64,000 nt of DNA from Poseidonia sp. (GTDB taxonomy: Archaea; Thermoplasmatota; Poseidoniia; Poseidoniales; Poseidoniaceae), in NCBI GenBank assembly GCA_030829545.1, contig JAURAI010000001.1, positions 70,234-134,233 of the forward strand, given 5' to 3'. The position numbers were made by a program, and so were the translations under genes. Below the pieces are notes generated by a model that saw only the letters and a list, made by a program, of their open reading frames with translations, made no database searches and was not told the origin of the DNA. Below are positions 19,290 through 29,961 of the stretch, one piece after another (position 1 is the stretch's first letter; each line of letters opens with the position of its first letter).

Positions 19290-20327
19290 TTACGAATGAA
19301 ATTCTTTTTTTGGCGAGGCGAAGGCCTCATCTTGCTCGAAGTCCTCAAAGGAAAATGAAGGTGGGTCAGCGCGCTCTCCAGTCCCGCTGGACTCCCAACG
19401 GCCTTCCCGCTTCGCCAGAAGATGGCATGCGACAATTTTGGTCACGAGGCAGGCTGCGGTGAACTGCGTCAAAGGGGTATCATGTTGAGGGGTGATTTCG
19501 TTGACATCCGCACTGATGACGGTGATGTTGGGGTTGCCAAAGAGCACCTCGATGGTCTCTACTGCCTGCCAGTAGGACAGCCCTCCGGGAACGGGTGTTC
19601 CCGTTGCAGGAACAAGTGCCCCGTCAAGGCCATCGATGTCAAGAGTGAAGTGGACTGGTCCGCTCAATTGACGCAGGTTGTCAAGCCATTTGGACCATGC
19701 TTTGCCACCGGTGTGCGGATGTTGCGTATCGCGGGCAAAGAAGGTCGTGATGCGTTCGTCCGCAAGAATTCGTTGCGCTTCTTGCGACGAGTAGGCGCGA
19801 ACACCTGCTTGAAGCAGCCGTCCGATACCGAGGTCTAAACTCCGTGAGGCTGCGCAGGCGTGAGAGAATATTTCGCCATTGAGATGAGAACGAAGATCGG
19901 CATGAGCATCCAATTGAACGACCGTCAACTTGGAAAGGTCACCACCGACCAAGGGGTGACTTGATGCAGCCTGTATGACGGGCGGCAAGATGCCGTGTTC
20001 ACCACCCAAAAAGAGTGGAAAACATTGTCCATCGAGCCACGGTGTTGCATGGCCGAGCATCTCATCGAGTTGCAAACGAAGTGTTGGGGCTTGAGCCTCA
20101 AAGTCCTCCAGTGTCATGATATTTGCACCGGCAGGCAAATCCTCACCCAAGGTAGGGTCAAATAATTCTACTTGAGCACTGGCTTGAATACACGCTCGCG
20201 GACCCTCGGCGGTACCCATCCCGTAGGATGTTGTCAATTCATACGCTAACGGTATGACAGCGACATCAACTGGACCGCCTTGCGAAGGCAAGCCGAGGAA
20301 TTGACGAGCATCAAAAAAGGCATCCAT
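19290..20327 (-). CDS. speB: Agmatinase (ureohydrolase family)
   Basis: TTSYGMGTAEGP, GGEH, DAHADLR, DIDGLD, TGTPVPGG. Confidence 0.9.
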   Translation of the reverse strand: MDAFFDARQFLGLPSQGGPVDVAVIPLAYELTTSYGMGTAEGPRACIQASAQVELFDPTLGEDLPAGANIMTLEDFEAQAPTLRLQLDEMLGHATPWLDGQCFPLFLGGEHGILPPVIQAASSHPLVGGDLSKLTVVQLDAHADLRSHLNGEIFSHACAASRSLDLGIGRLLQAGVRAYSSQEAQRILADERITTFFARDTQHPHTGGKAWSKWLDNLRQLSGPVHFTLDIDGLDGALVPATGTPVPGGLSYWQAVETIEVLFGNPNITVISADVNEITPQHDTPLTQFTAACLVTKIVACHLLAKREGRWESSGTGERADPPSFSFEDFEQDEAFASPKKEFHS

Positions 20328-20510
20328 TCCGCCCGGCCAGCGAGCCTCCCCTCAAAGACTTGCCGATACCCATTCGGTACCGTTGATGAGAGACAACATC
20401 GTGTTTTCATGAAGTTGGAGGGAACACTTAATATGGGTCGGAGGACAATATAATATAGCAACGGGGACCGAAAACACGCGGTTACGGTGTCCGAAAAAGG
20501 GGTTGTAAAG

Positions 20511-20930
20511 ATGGGAATGACATTAGCAGAATTAACCAAAGCCATTCAACAGCACATTGACCTCGGCATGGATTCTGAGGTCGCTCAGGGCATGGCCGAA
20601 CACGCCTTGGGCTTCTTTGGATTCTACAATCGCATCATTGACAACGCCCTTGAGCCAACTGACCGCAACCTGTTTTACATGTTCCAAGATTATGACCTTC
20701 TGACGACCGAATCAGAAGAAACCACGCTTTGGGACGGCCGAGAATGGAGAATCCATTATTGGAAATTCAAGCCCGACCTCCGTGAGCGTGTCGAGGCTTA
20801 CATGCAGCGAAATCTGCAAGAAGATGACATCGATCCCTTCGCCGACATCTACAGCACCGATGGACCGAGTATTTGGACTCGTGAAGGCGAAAAGGTTGCC
20901 AATCCAAACGCTTTCACCTCCGATTGGTGA
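20511..20930 (+). CDS. Conserved Thermoplasmatota protein (DUF6015-like)
   Basis: FFGFYNRIIDNALEPTDRNLFY...EETTLWDGREWRIHYW recalled as this family; AT-rich TATA-like sequence upstream. Confidence 0.65.
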   Translation: MGMTLAELTKAIQQHIDLGMDSEVAQGMAEHALGFFGFYNRIIDNALEPTDRNLFYMFQDYDLLTTESEETTLWDGREWRIHYWKFKPDLRERVEAYMQRNLQEDDIDPFADIYSTDGPSIWTREGEKVANPNAFTSDW

Positions 20931-20979
20931 CATCCACCAGCATGCAAGCGTTTTTGATTCGCCGCAACGACGGCGAAGC

Positions 20980-22341
20980 ATGCGAGTAGCAGTGGGACTT
21001 GTGGTCAGCATGCTGCTGGCAGGCATTCCAATCACGAGTGCTCAGTACGACCCCTTTCAACAAGAAGCATGGCCGGGTGAACCAATTGACAACCACATTC
21101 ACCTCACATGGGCTACCTTGACCATGGAGGTCGGCGAATGGGCCGATAGCCACCCCGACATCGTTGACGTGACCAGTGCAGGAGAATCTGAACTCGGCAA
21201 AACGCTCTGGGTTGTTCGCCTTTCTGATTGGTCGATGGAGACCAAAGAAGACGGGACGGCCAAGGAAATGGTCTACATCGATGGCGGTCATCATGGAAAT
21301 GAATACCTTGGTACTGCCCTGGCATGGTTGACGGCAAAATGGTACATCAACGGATGGGCAGAAGGAAATGAAGAGGCCATCAACGTCCTCCAAAACACAG
21401 AGCTTCACATTCTCATCATGCTCAATCCAGACGGCAACGATATTGACACACGTTGGAACATCAACCAGGTTGACTTGAACCGAAATTATGACCACTATTG
21501 GAATACCTGCCCTACAACACAACCGGGAAGCAGTGCCTTTAGTGAATCTGAAACTGCTTCAAATTCAGCCTACATGAATTCCTATATGACCGATGCAGAC
21601 CTCTACGTGACAATGCACACCGGTGTTTGGATCATGCTCTACCCTTGGGGGAAGTGGCCCGAGCAGCCACCGGATTGGGAACTCTTCCACTTCATTCGAG
21701 ATGATGTCCATGCGTCCGTGTCAGACATTCCGATTCAGAATGCGAACCAAGGCCTCTATCCAAATTGTGGGACAAGCCGAGATTACGGCTACGGCAAAAT
21801 GGGATTCCCGACCTTTACCTTTGAAACCGATGATGAGCAATTCGTCCCCGGCACCTTTGAGTCCCTGCATGACCGCTTGGAAGAGGAAATGGACGTGATG
21901 CGTTACCTCATCAATGAGGTCTGGTATTGGCGAGCACGCCTGGATGTCCAAGCGCTCACTATCAGCGATGATACGGTTGAAATGACAGTTGAAAATCTCG
22001 GCCGAGCAAGCACTCCTAACGCTTCACTGCAACACTTGGATGCTTCGGGTGAAGTGGTATGGAGTTCTCCAATGGTAACCGTCAATGCCTCCAATGTCAC
22101 CGAGGTCTCCTTTGACCTTGAAATGAAACCCCACAGCGATGGAACGTGGGAATTGATGTATCAAAAGCGGGTCATCAATGCATCTCAATGGGTCAATGAA
22201 TCAATCAATGCGAGTTCCATTCAATTCGTGGAGAAGGATGAGGGCAATTTTTTGACTGGATTTGGGCTGTTTAATCCGTTATCTGTCATCCTTTCACTGC
22301 TCGGTATCAGCGTGATAACGAAGCGAGAAGATGAAGTCTAA
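20980..22341 (+). CDS. Secreted M14 zinc carboxypeptidase with C-terminal membrane anchor
   Basis: Signal peptide, DGGHHGNE (HxxE), NPDG, DLNRNY, TMHTG, FTFE; C-terminal TM helix followed by KR. Confidence 0.9.
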   Translation: MRVAVGLVVSMLLAGIPITSAQYDPFQQEAWPGEPIDNHIHLTWATLTMEVGEWADSHPDIVDVTSAGESELGKTLWVVRLSDWSMETKEDGTAKEMVYIDGGHHGNEYLGTALAWLTAKWYINGWAEGNEEAINVLQNTELHILIMLNPDGNDIDTRWNINQVDLNRNYDHYWNTCPTTQPGSSAFSESETASNSAYMNSYMTDADLYVTMHTGVWIMLYPWGKWPEQPPDWELFHFIRDDVHASVSDIPIQNANQGLYPNCGTSRDYGYGKMGFPTFTFETDDEQFVPGTFESLHDRLEEEMDVMRYLINEVWYWRARLDVQALTISDDTVEMTVENLGRASTPNASLQHLDASGEVVWSSPMVTVNASNVTEVSFDLEMKPHSDGTWELMYQKRVINASQWVNESINASSIQFVEKDEGNFLTGFGLFNPLSVILSLLGISVITKREDEV

Positions 22342-22470
22342 ATTCGCCACTTGGTATCATCGCCCCATCAAATTGAGGCGGTAGAACAAGCCAGCCCGAG
22401 CCATTTCATAGCAGAGGGCAAGGGAAAAGGTTTGAAGTGGGGGGGTTCATTGGGCGAAGCAAGTGATATC

Positions 22471-23964
22471 ATGCAAGTAACAGTCAGTTCAGGCAACAAC
22501 ATCAACGGCACGCTCGTCCTTCCACTTTTCGAAGGCGCAGAATCCGTCCCAGAGACCAACGAAGGAATCCCTACAGCACTGAAGAGCCAAATCAATCGAG
22601 TCCTCGGTGATGGAGACTTCAAGGCAAAAGCCAATGCAACCATGTCCCTCATGGGCACCGAAGGCGGCAAAGCAATTCTTATCGGCCTGGGCAAGGAAGA
22701 CAAGGCCGACCACCACACCTACCGAAAGGCAGGAGCAACCATCGTTGCGAGCCACAAGAAACACCACGGCAACGAAATGACCGTGTTCTTTGACACCTCT
22801 GATATCGAAGCCATGGCTTCCTTTGCTGAGGGCATGATGCTCCGTGATTACAGTTACGACCACTACAAAATGGCAGATGAGGATGACGAAAAAACTGAAC
22901 TTTCAGCACGTATGAACTGCAATGAAGGTGATGCAACGGCGCTTTCTGCCGCCATTGACCGAGCAGCTTCCATCACCAGTGGCGTCCACCTTTCAAGGGA
23001 CCTCGGCAACTGCCCTCCCAACGACATGTACCCCATGGCCTTCGCTGAGAAAGCGGAACTTTGGGCCAAGGAATATGACAATGTCAAGGTCCAAGTGATC
23101 GATTATGAAGCAGCAAAGCGCCACGGTATGGGCGGTTTGGTCGCAGTTGGAATGGGCTCCTCTCGAAAACCATGCATGGTCATCTTCACACTCAACGGTG
23201 ACCAGAAGGGTCAGCATCCGGTTCTGGTTGGCAAGGGTATTACTTTTGACACAGGAGGTATCTCGCTCAAGCCAGGTGCAAACATGGACGAAATGAAGTA
23301 CGACATGGGTGGATCTGCCACCGTCTTTGGAACAATGCAAGCCTTGGCTTCTTGTGGATACGACAAGAAAGTTGTGGGAATTACCTGCATGGCTGAAAAC
23401 ATGCCTGCTGCCAATGCTCAACGCCCAGGTGACGTCATCAAGACCCTCTCTGGCAAGACCATCGAGGTGCTCAACACCGATGCAGAAGGACGTCTTGTCC
23501 TCTCCGATGGGCTTTGGAAGGCTGGCACTGACTTCGATGCGGAGTACATCATTGACTTCGCAACCTTGACCGGTGCATGTGTCGTCGCTCTGGGACATGA
23601 AGCCACGGGATTGTGGTCCAATGACGAGGACTTCCGAACCCGCATTCACGAAGCCGGAAATGCTGTTGGTGAACTCGCTTGGCCTATGCCACTCCTTCCC
23701 GCATTTGAGAAGGAAATGACCGATTCAAAGATTGCCGATACACGCAATCTGGGTGCTGGACGGTATGGTGGAGCAAATACCGCTGCTGCCTTCCTGAAGC
23801 AATTTGTACCAGAACGTGGCGAAGGTGACGAAGCCAAGCAAATCACCTGGGCTCACATGGACATCGCTGGAACCTACTGGGGAGCGAAGACCAACAAGAT
23901 GGTGGGTAACGGTGCTACAGGCATCCACGTTCGAACACTGGTGAAATTGATCACTGGACAGTGA
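22471..23964 (+). CDS. pepA: Leucyl aminopeptidase (M17)
   Basis: VGKGITFDTGG, MKYDMGG, ENMP, NTDAEGRL, ATLTGA, HMDIAG. Confidence 0.95.
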   Translation: MQVTVSSGNNINGTLVLPLFEGAESVPETNEGIPTALKSQINRVLGDGDFKAKANATMSLMGTEGGKAILIGLGKEDKADHHTYRKAGATIVASHKKHHGNEMTVFFDTSDIEAMASFAEGMMLRDYSYDHYKMADEDDEKTELSARMNCNEGDATALSAAIDRAASITSGVHLSRDLGNCPPNDMYPMAFAEKAELWAKEYDNVKVQVIDYEAAKRHGMGGLVAVGMGSSRKPCMVIFTLNGDQKGQHPVLVGKGITFDTGGISLKPGANMDEMKYDMGGSATVFGTMQALASCGYDKKVVGITCMAENMPAANAQRPGDVIKTLSGKTIEVLNTDAEGRLVLSDGLWKAGTDFDAEYIIDFATLTGACVVALGHEATGLWSNDEDFRTRIHEAGNAVGELAWPMPLLPAFEKEMTDSKIADTRNLGAGRYGGANTAAAFLKQFVPERGEGDEAKQITWAHMDIAGTYWGAKTNKMVGNGATGIHVRTLVKLITGQ

Positions 23965-24027
23965 GTTCAAACCAGCCCTTGCCCTCACTGTATGAGGGTC
24001 TCAATGTTGCATGGTGTCTTGATTAGG

Positions 24028-24034
24028 TTTATAT
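24028..24034 (+). promoter_or_regulatory. TATA box of the hsp20-dnaK operon
   Basis: Canonical TTTATAT about 55 nt upstream of the ATG. Confidence 0.5.
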
Positions 24035-24086
24035 CCGGTGACAAGTAGGCCACTATACAACCGATGGTTTAGTAGTGGTGGATTTT

Positions 24087-24776
24087 ATGGCTGACGACGA
24101 ATGGGAAGAGGAATTTCTCAAGCAACTGGAAGCCATGTTTACCAAGATGGGGCTTCCCTTCAACAAAGAACAACTGCGTGGCTTTTTGAAGCAATTCCGC
24201 GACCAATTTGAAGCCATGGGCATCAATCCTGAGAAGATTGCAAAGGGAGAAGTCAACTTCAATTTCGACATCTCTGAAATCAGCAAAATGCTTTCATCGG
24301 GGAACTCGCTTGAAGACCTTTTGAAGAATCTCGGGATGGATGTAAAAGTCGATGCTGCTCCCGTAGAGATCGACCCGAGTGCACTTGAAAGCGAAAACGA
24401 TGATACCATGAAGTTGCCAACAGAAGACGTGTATCTTGACGGCTGGAACATGTCAGTCACCCTTGATTTCACCCTCAAAGGAGACATTGAGAGCGAGCAA
24501 CTCGAAATCGAATTGATCAAAAATGGTTCTCAAATGGAAATCCTCCGTTCAACACAACCCCAACCCATTGCCTTGGTCGAACTGCCCCATCCCTGTGATG
24601 ATGTGGTGGAGTGGACACTCAACAATGGCATATTGGATATTACACTCAAACTCACCCCTCAAGGCAAGGCCTTGGAAACGGGTGATGATGACCTCCCTGC
24701 CACTGAGGAGGTAAGCATTGACGTCGGCGACCAAGATGACGACGACGAAGATGACGGTGGCATCCCCATCTTTTGA
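24087..24776 (+). CDS. Divergent Hsp20/alpha-crystallin-like small heat-shock protein
   Basis: C-terminal VELP...NNGILDITL motif, terminal IPI (IxI) motif, directly upstream of dnaK. Confidence 0.65.
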   Translation: MADDEWEEEFLKQLEAMFTKMGLPFNKEQLRGFLKQFRDQFEAMGINPEKIAKGEVNFNFDISEISKMLSSGNSLEDLLKNLGMDVKVDAAPVEIDPSALESENDDTMKLPTEDVYLDGWNMSVTLDFTLKGDIESEQLEIELIKNGSQMEILRSTQPQPIALVELPHPCDDVVEWTLNNGILDITLKLTPQGKALETGDDDLPATEEVSIDVGDQDDDDEDDGGIPIF

Positions 24777-24790
24777 AAGGAAGTGAAAAA

Positions 24791-26674
24791 ATGAGTAAAG
24801 TGATTGGAATAGACCTAGGAACGACAAATAGCTGTGTGGCAACCATTGAGAACGGAGAACCCGTTGTCATTCCCAACGCAGAAGGCGCACGAACAACACC
24901 TTCTGTCGTGGCTTTTGCTAAAGATGGCAGCGAGCGATTGATTGGTGTCACTGCCAAGCGGCAAGCTGTCACCAATGCAGAACGCACCATGATTTCCGTC
25001 AAGCGTCACATGGGAACCAAGTGGACGACGGAAGTTGATGAGACCGAATACACGCCTCAGGAAGTTTCCGCCTTCATCTTGCAGAAGCTCAAGGCCGACG
25101 CTGAAGCCTATCTGGGTCACGAAGTCAAGCAAGCGGTCATTACATGTCCGGCCTACTTCACTGACGCTCAGCGAAAAGCCACCAAAGACGCAGGTAGAAT
25201 CGCTGGCCTCGATGTCCTTCGAATCATCAACGAGCCTACCGCTGCTGCACTGGCATACGGTGTTGACAAGTCCCAAGACCAGACCATCTTAGTGTACGAT
25301 TTGGGAGGCGGTACCTTTGACGTCTCGGTTTTGGAAATTTACGAAGTCGACGGCCAGCCTCAAATTGAGGTCAAGGCTACGGCTGGAAATAACAAACTTG
25401 GTGGAGACGACTTTGATGAAAAAATCATCACCTGGTTGGCTGCAGAATTCAAGAAAGACACCGGCATCGACCTCTCGAAGGACAAGACGGCCATGTCTCG
25501 GCTGAAAGAAGCCGCTGAGAAGGCAAAGATTGAGCTCTCAGGTACCCAACAAACCCAAATCAATCTCCCCTTTATCTCAATGGTGGATGGCCAACCTGCT
25601 CACCTTGACATTTCCCTCACTCGTGCGAAGTTTGAGGATTTGATTGCAAAACTCGTTGAGAAAACAATGGTTCCTACCCGACAAGCCATGAAGGATGCAA
25701 GTCTGAAGAAAGGCGACGTTGACAAGGTCATTCTCGTCGGCGGTTCAACCCGTGTCCCAGCAGTTCAGGAAGCCGTTGAAAAAGAAGCTGGAAAGCCTCC
25801 ATACAAAGGAATCAACCCCGACGAAGCAGTCGCCCTTGGTGCTGCTCTTCAAGCCGGTATCATCGCAGGTGACGAAGGAGTTTCAGACATCTTGCTCCTT
25901 GACGTTACGCCACTCACCCTTGGCATCGAGACCTTGGGTGGCGTCACCACCACCATGATCGAGCGAAACACCACCATCCCCGCACGACGCTCGGAAGTCT
26001 ACTCCACGGCTACTGACAATCAACCAGCGGTTGAGATCCACGTGTTGCAAGGAGAGCGAGAGTTTGCAAAAGACAACGTGACACTCGGTCAATTCCAACT
26101 CGTAGGTATTCCTCCTGCCCCACGTGGTGTGCCACAAATCGAAGTCACCTTTGACATCGACGCCAACGGCATCGTCAACGTCAGTGCCAAGGACATGGGA
26201 ACGGGCAAAGAACAATCCATCAAGATTGAATCTGCAACCTCGTTGAGCGAAGACGAAATTCAAGGCAAGATCGCTGAAGCAGAGAAATTCGCTGAAGAAG
26301 ACCAACGTCGAAAGGCCAAAGTCGAAATGCGGAACATGGCCGACCAAATCCTCTACCAGACACGACGAACACTTGACGAGTCGGCAGACAAACTCGAAGA
26401 GAGTGATGTTGAACCCGTAAAGGCTCACCTTGACGAACTTGAGAAGATGGTCCACGATGAAGACGGAAAACCCGTTGATATCGATGCGATGGACGATGCT
26501 GCAATCCAAGCCAAGGTCAAGGAAATCGAAGAAGCCATGCACGGCGTCTCCACCAAACTCTACGAAGCCGCTGCCGCAGAAATGGCACAGCAAGAAAGCG
26601 GTGAAGATGGAGATATCTCGGTTGACGACGGTGTCGTTGACGCTGATTTTGAAGTCGTAGAAGACGAAGACTGA
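24791..26674 (+). CDS. dnaK: Chaperone DnaK (Hsp70)
   Basis: [41 protein letters not shown]. Confidence 0.98.
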   Translation: MSKVIGIDLGTTNSCVATIENGEPVVIPNAEGARTTPSVVAFAKDGSERLIGVTAKRQAVTNAERTMISVKRHMGTKWTTEVDETEYTPQEVSAFILQKLKADAEAYLGHEVKQAVITCPAYFTDAQRKATKDAGRIAGLDVLRIINEPTAAALAYGVDKSQDQTILVYDLGGGTFDVSVLEIYEVDGQPQIEVKATAGNNKLGGDDFDEKIITWLAAEFKKDTGIDLSKDKTAMSRLKEAAEKAKIELSGTQQTQINLPFISMVDGQPAHLDISLTRAKFEDLIAKLVEKTMVPTRQAMKDASLKKGDVDKVILVGGSTRVPAVQEAVEKEAGKPPYKGINPDEAVALGAALQAGIIAGDEGVSDILLLDVTPLTLGIETLGGVTTTMIERNTTIPARRSEVYSTATDNQPAVEIHVLQGEREFAKDNVTLGQFQLVGIPPAPRGVPQIEVTFDIDANGIVNVSAKDMGTGKEQSIKIESATSLSEDEIQGKIAEAEKFAEEDQRRKAKVEMRNMADQILYQTRRTLDESADKLEESDVEPVKAHLDELEKMVHDEDGKPVDIDAMDDAAIQAKVKEIEEAMHGVSTKLYEAAAAEMAQQESGEDGDISVDDGVVDADFEVVEDED

Positions 26675-26733
26675 GGCTACCACCCGTCAAGCTTGAGGGT
26701 TTGGCTTATGGAGGTGTGAACGGTGGGTTACTC

Positions 26734-28341
26734 ATGAGCGAAGTCCCGATTCTCAAAGAGACGACGCGCTCTACCGGGCGTGAGGCGCTTCGAAACAACA
26801 TTACTGCAGCCTTGGCCTTGGCCGGTGCTGTTCGAACCACTCTGGGACCGCGTGGTCAAGACAAATTGTTGATCGACGACCAAGGGCGAACCATGGTGAC
26901 CAACGACGGAGTCACGGTTCTCGAGTCTGCAAAGGTTGAGCACCCTGTTGCCCGGATGCTCATCAACGCCTCAACCACCCAGGACCGTATTGCTCGTGAC
27001 GGTACGACAAGTGCTGTTCTGCTATCGGCTGAATTGTTGCAAAATGCCTGGGAACTCGTCCTCCAAGGCGTTCACCCATCGGCCATTGCTCGTGGCTATC
27101 GAATGGCTGAAGACGCTTGCCGTGAACATTTTTCCAGCCTCACCCTTGAGGCGACGGTGGAACGACAGCACCAAGCCGCTCAAACGTCACTTTCAGGAAA
27201 AATCCATGCCGCCATGCAGGACCTTCTTGCATCCTTGGCCGTTGAGGCTGGCAAGGCGGTACTTGAGAACCAAGATGGGCAACGAAAAGCCGACCCTACA
27301 CGCGTGAAAATCCTCACTCAAACAGGAGGCGCAATGACCGATTCGCGTTTGGTCACCGGCTTGGTTCTCGGAAAGCAACGCGTCAACGATGCCATGCCAA
27401 AGCACATCAAAGCAGGCAAAATAGCACTTGTTGACGGGGGACTTGAGCGAAAAGAATTGATGGGCAACGTCACATTGAAGGTCACCAGTACCGGCGTGCT
27501 TGAATCCTTTCGACAAGAAGAAAAGCGATTGTTAACTCAACAAGTTCAGCAGCTTATTGACCTTGGAGTCACGCTCTTTGCTTGCAAAGACGGTATCGAT
27601 GACGACATGCACGGGCTCCTCTCCAAGGCGGGTATTCAGGCCTACCGAAGAGTCGCACGCTCCGACCTTGATCTGCTCGCACGTGGCTGTGGCGCTACGC
27701 TTTCCTATGATGTTAAGAGCCTCCACGAATCGGATCTCGGCGCTTTCATCAGCAGCAAGAACGAGCGCTGGGATGGCACCATGCATTGGATTGTTCAAAC
27801 CGAAGAAGGTGGGGCTACCTTCATTGCAAAGGGTTCAACTGAGGAAGCCGTTGGAGAAGTGGAACGATGTTTTGCTGACGCCTTGGGAGTCGCCTGCCAG
27901 TTGCTGGAAGAACCTGCCTTGTTGCCGGGTGGCGGTGCTACCCAAATTGCCCTCGCACGCCACCTTCGCCGACAGGCAGAACGTATTCCGGGACGCGAAC
28001 AACTCGCCATTGAGGCCTACGCCGATGCCCTGGAAGTCATTCCTCGAGTCTTAGCCGAAAATGCCGGCCTCGACCCACTTGATACACTGCTTCAGGTGGT
28101 TGCCAAGCAAAGTACCCATGACGGTGATGATGCCCACCATATCGGCCTTGACGTTGTGGCTAAACAACCAAGCAACATGGTTGAAAGTGGCGTTCTTGAA
28201 CCGCTGCGAATCACCCGTCAAGTGCTTGCTGGAGCGACTGAGGCCGCTCTTTCTGTGCTTCGTATCGACGATGTTCTTTGGGCCAGGCAAGACCCAAGCA
28301 TCCCCGATGGCATCGGCATGGATGAAAACGAACTTCAGTAG
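26734..28341 (+). CDS. Thermosome / group II chaperonin subunit (divergent)
   Basis: [48 protein letters not shown]. Confidence 0.9.
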   Translation: MSEVPILKETTRSTGREALRNNITAALALAGAVRTTLGPRGQDKLLIDDQGRTMVTNDGVTVLESAKVEHPVARMLINASTTQDRIARDGTTSAVLLSAELLQNAWELVLQGVHPSAIARGYRMAEDACREHFSSLTLEATVERQHQAAQTSLSGKIHAAMQDLLASLAVEAGKAVLENQDGQRKADPTRVKILTQTGGAMTDSRLVTGLVLGKQRVNDAMPKHIKAGKIALVDGGLERKELMGNVTLKVTSTGVLESFRQEEKRLLTQQVQQLIDLGVTLFACKDGIDDDMHGLLSKAGIQAYRRVARSDLDLLARGCGATLSYDVKSLHESDLGAFISSKNERWDGTMHWIVQTEEGGATFIAKGSTEEAVGEVERCFADALGVACQLLEEPALLPGGGATQIALARHLRRQAERIPGREQLAIEAYADALEVIPRVLAENAGLDPLDTLLQVVAKQSTHDGDDAHHIGLDVVAKQPSNMVESGVLEPLRITRQVLAGATEAALSVLRIDDVLWARQDPSIPDGIGMDENELQ

Positions 28342-28389
28342 GATGCCCCAATCCTTGTCTTCAAATAGACCAAGACATCGCCGCACTCT

Positions 28390-29961
28390 ATGGTGAATGC
28401 CACCGAAAGGCCTGTGGGCATCGACGACATCGCCATTCATTTCCCACGTTTGTACATGGACATGCGAGACTTTGCAGATTTGCGAGGGGCAGATTACGGG
28501 AAATTGAGCAAAGGCCTCGGCTTAGAAGCCATGGCTATTCCCGACGTCCATGAAGACACTGCAACGATGGGAGCGATGGCCGTCATGCAATTGATTGACC
28601 GTAATGGCTTGGACCCCAACACCATCGGACGGATGTACCTCGGCACAGAATCCGCACTTGATGGTGCAAAGCCAACGGCGACCTACATCATTGACATGCT
28701 CACACAGCGCTACGGTGAACGCTTTGGGTCTGATTGCTTCCAAACCTGTGACGTCGTGGACATGACCTTTGCCTGCATCGGAGCTGTCGATGCTCTCCAC
28801 ACCACCCTTGATTGGGTAGCACGCTCTGATGAAATTGACGAACGTGTTGGAATTGTGGTATTTTCTGACAATGCCAAATATGCTCTTGAATCCTCAGGCG
28901 AGTATACGCAGGGCGCTGGAGGAGGCGCCCTTTTGATTCGGAGAAACCCACGTCTTCTTGAGGTCCCTGATTGCATTGGAGTTTCAACCACGCCCGTGCA
29001 CGATTTTTTCAAACCACGTCGTGAGGTAACGATTCGCTCCGTGATTTCAAATGTTATTCAACTGGCTCAAGAAGCAGGTCAAACCATGAAAAAAGGACTT
29101 GTTGAGCGTATGATTCGCCATCTCCCGAAATCAACGGTTCGCAAGTTGGGCATCTTTTCGCACGGCGAAGAGAAGGTGAGTGTTCACCGAGACGAGCCGA
29201 TCTTCGACGGCCAATATTCCAATCGATGCTACCAAACTGCAGTGCGTCAAGCCTTCCATGATTTCTCCAAGAAGGCTCAACGACGAGAGCGTATTGACCC
29301 CGTGAATGACGACCCATTCACCGAGCAATGGTCTCGAATCATCATGCACCTGCCCTATGCATACCAGGCAAAACGTATGTTTCCAGATGTCTTCCGACAT
29401 GACCGACAAGACACGCCAATGTGGCAGGGCATCGAAGAGCAGCTTGGTGCTCCTCCAGAAAGCCCAGATTCTGATGACCCAGAGGCCCTTCTTCAGTGGG
29501 AGAGCGACATGGACGGATACCGTCGAGCCATCTCTAAGACTCGTGAATACATTGCTTTCCACGCCAGCAGAATCGAAAAAGGGCAGCGAGCAAGCAGCCT
29601 CATCGGCAATCAATACACGGGCTCAATTTTCCTCGCACTGATGTCAACCTTCGAATCCGATCTTGAAGAAAATGCCAACCTTGACGGGGCTATGTTGGGT
29701 ATGTGCGGCTATGGATCCGGTGCGAAGGCCAAGGTCTTCGAGGGCCGCGTCAGCCCTCGCTGGAGAGAAGTCGTTGCAGGATGGCACCTCTTTGAACGAC
29801 TCGCAGGACGCATTGCCATTGACCAGACAACCTACGAAAACCTCCACAAGGGCGTTCAAGAAGGAAGCGTTGTTGAACCCAATGCTGAATTTGCACTCGT
29901 CGAAATTGGTGATGAAGGCGTTGATGAAGGCGCCCGCCGTTACCGGTGGATTGGCGCTTAA
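28390..29961 (+). CDS. mvaS: Hydroxymethylglutaryl-CoA synthase (bacterial MvaS-like, extended)
   Basis: GTESALDGAK (Glu), FACIGA (Cys), GEYTQGAG, HLPY (His), GNQYTGS, GYGSG. Confidence 0.9.
   Translation: MVNATERPVGIDDIAIHFPRLYMDMRDFADLRGADYGKLSKGLGLEAMAIPDVHEDTATMGAMAVMQLIDRNGLDPNTIGRMYLGTESALDGAKPTATYIIDMLTQRYGERFGSDCFQTCDVVDMTFACIGAVDALHTTLDWVARSDEIDERVGIVVFSDNAKYALESSGEYTQGAGGGALLIRRNPRLLEVPDCIGVSTTPVHDFFKPRREVTIRSVISNVIQLAQEAGQTMKKGLVERMIRHLPKSTVRKLGIFSHGEEKVSVHRDEPIFDGQYSNRCYQTAVRQAFHDFSKKAQRRERIDPVNDDPFTEQWSRIIMHLPYAYQAKRMFPDVFRHDRQDTPMWQGIEEQLGAPPESPDSDDPEALLQWESDMDGYRRAISKTREYIAFHASRIEKGQRASSLIGNQYTGSIFLALMSTFESDLEENANLDGAMLGMCGYGSGAKAKVFEGRVSPRWREVVAGWHLFERLAGRIAIDQTTYENLHKGVQEGSVVEPNAEFALVEIGDEGVDEGARRYRWIGA

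Noticed and set aside
25883-26683. 266-aa antisense ORF over dnaK
   Set aside because: Known antisense shadow frame of hsp70 genes caused by codon bias; no independent motifs.
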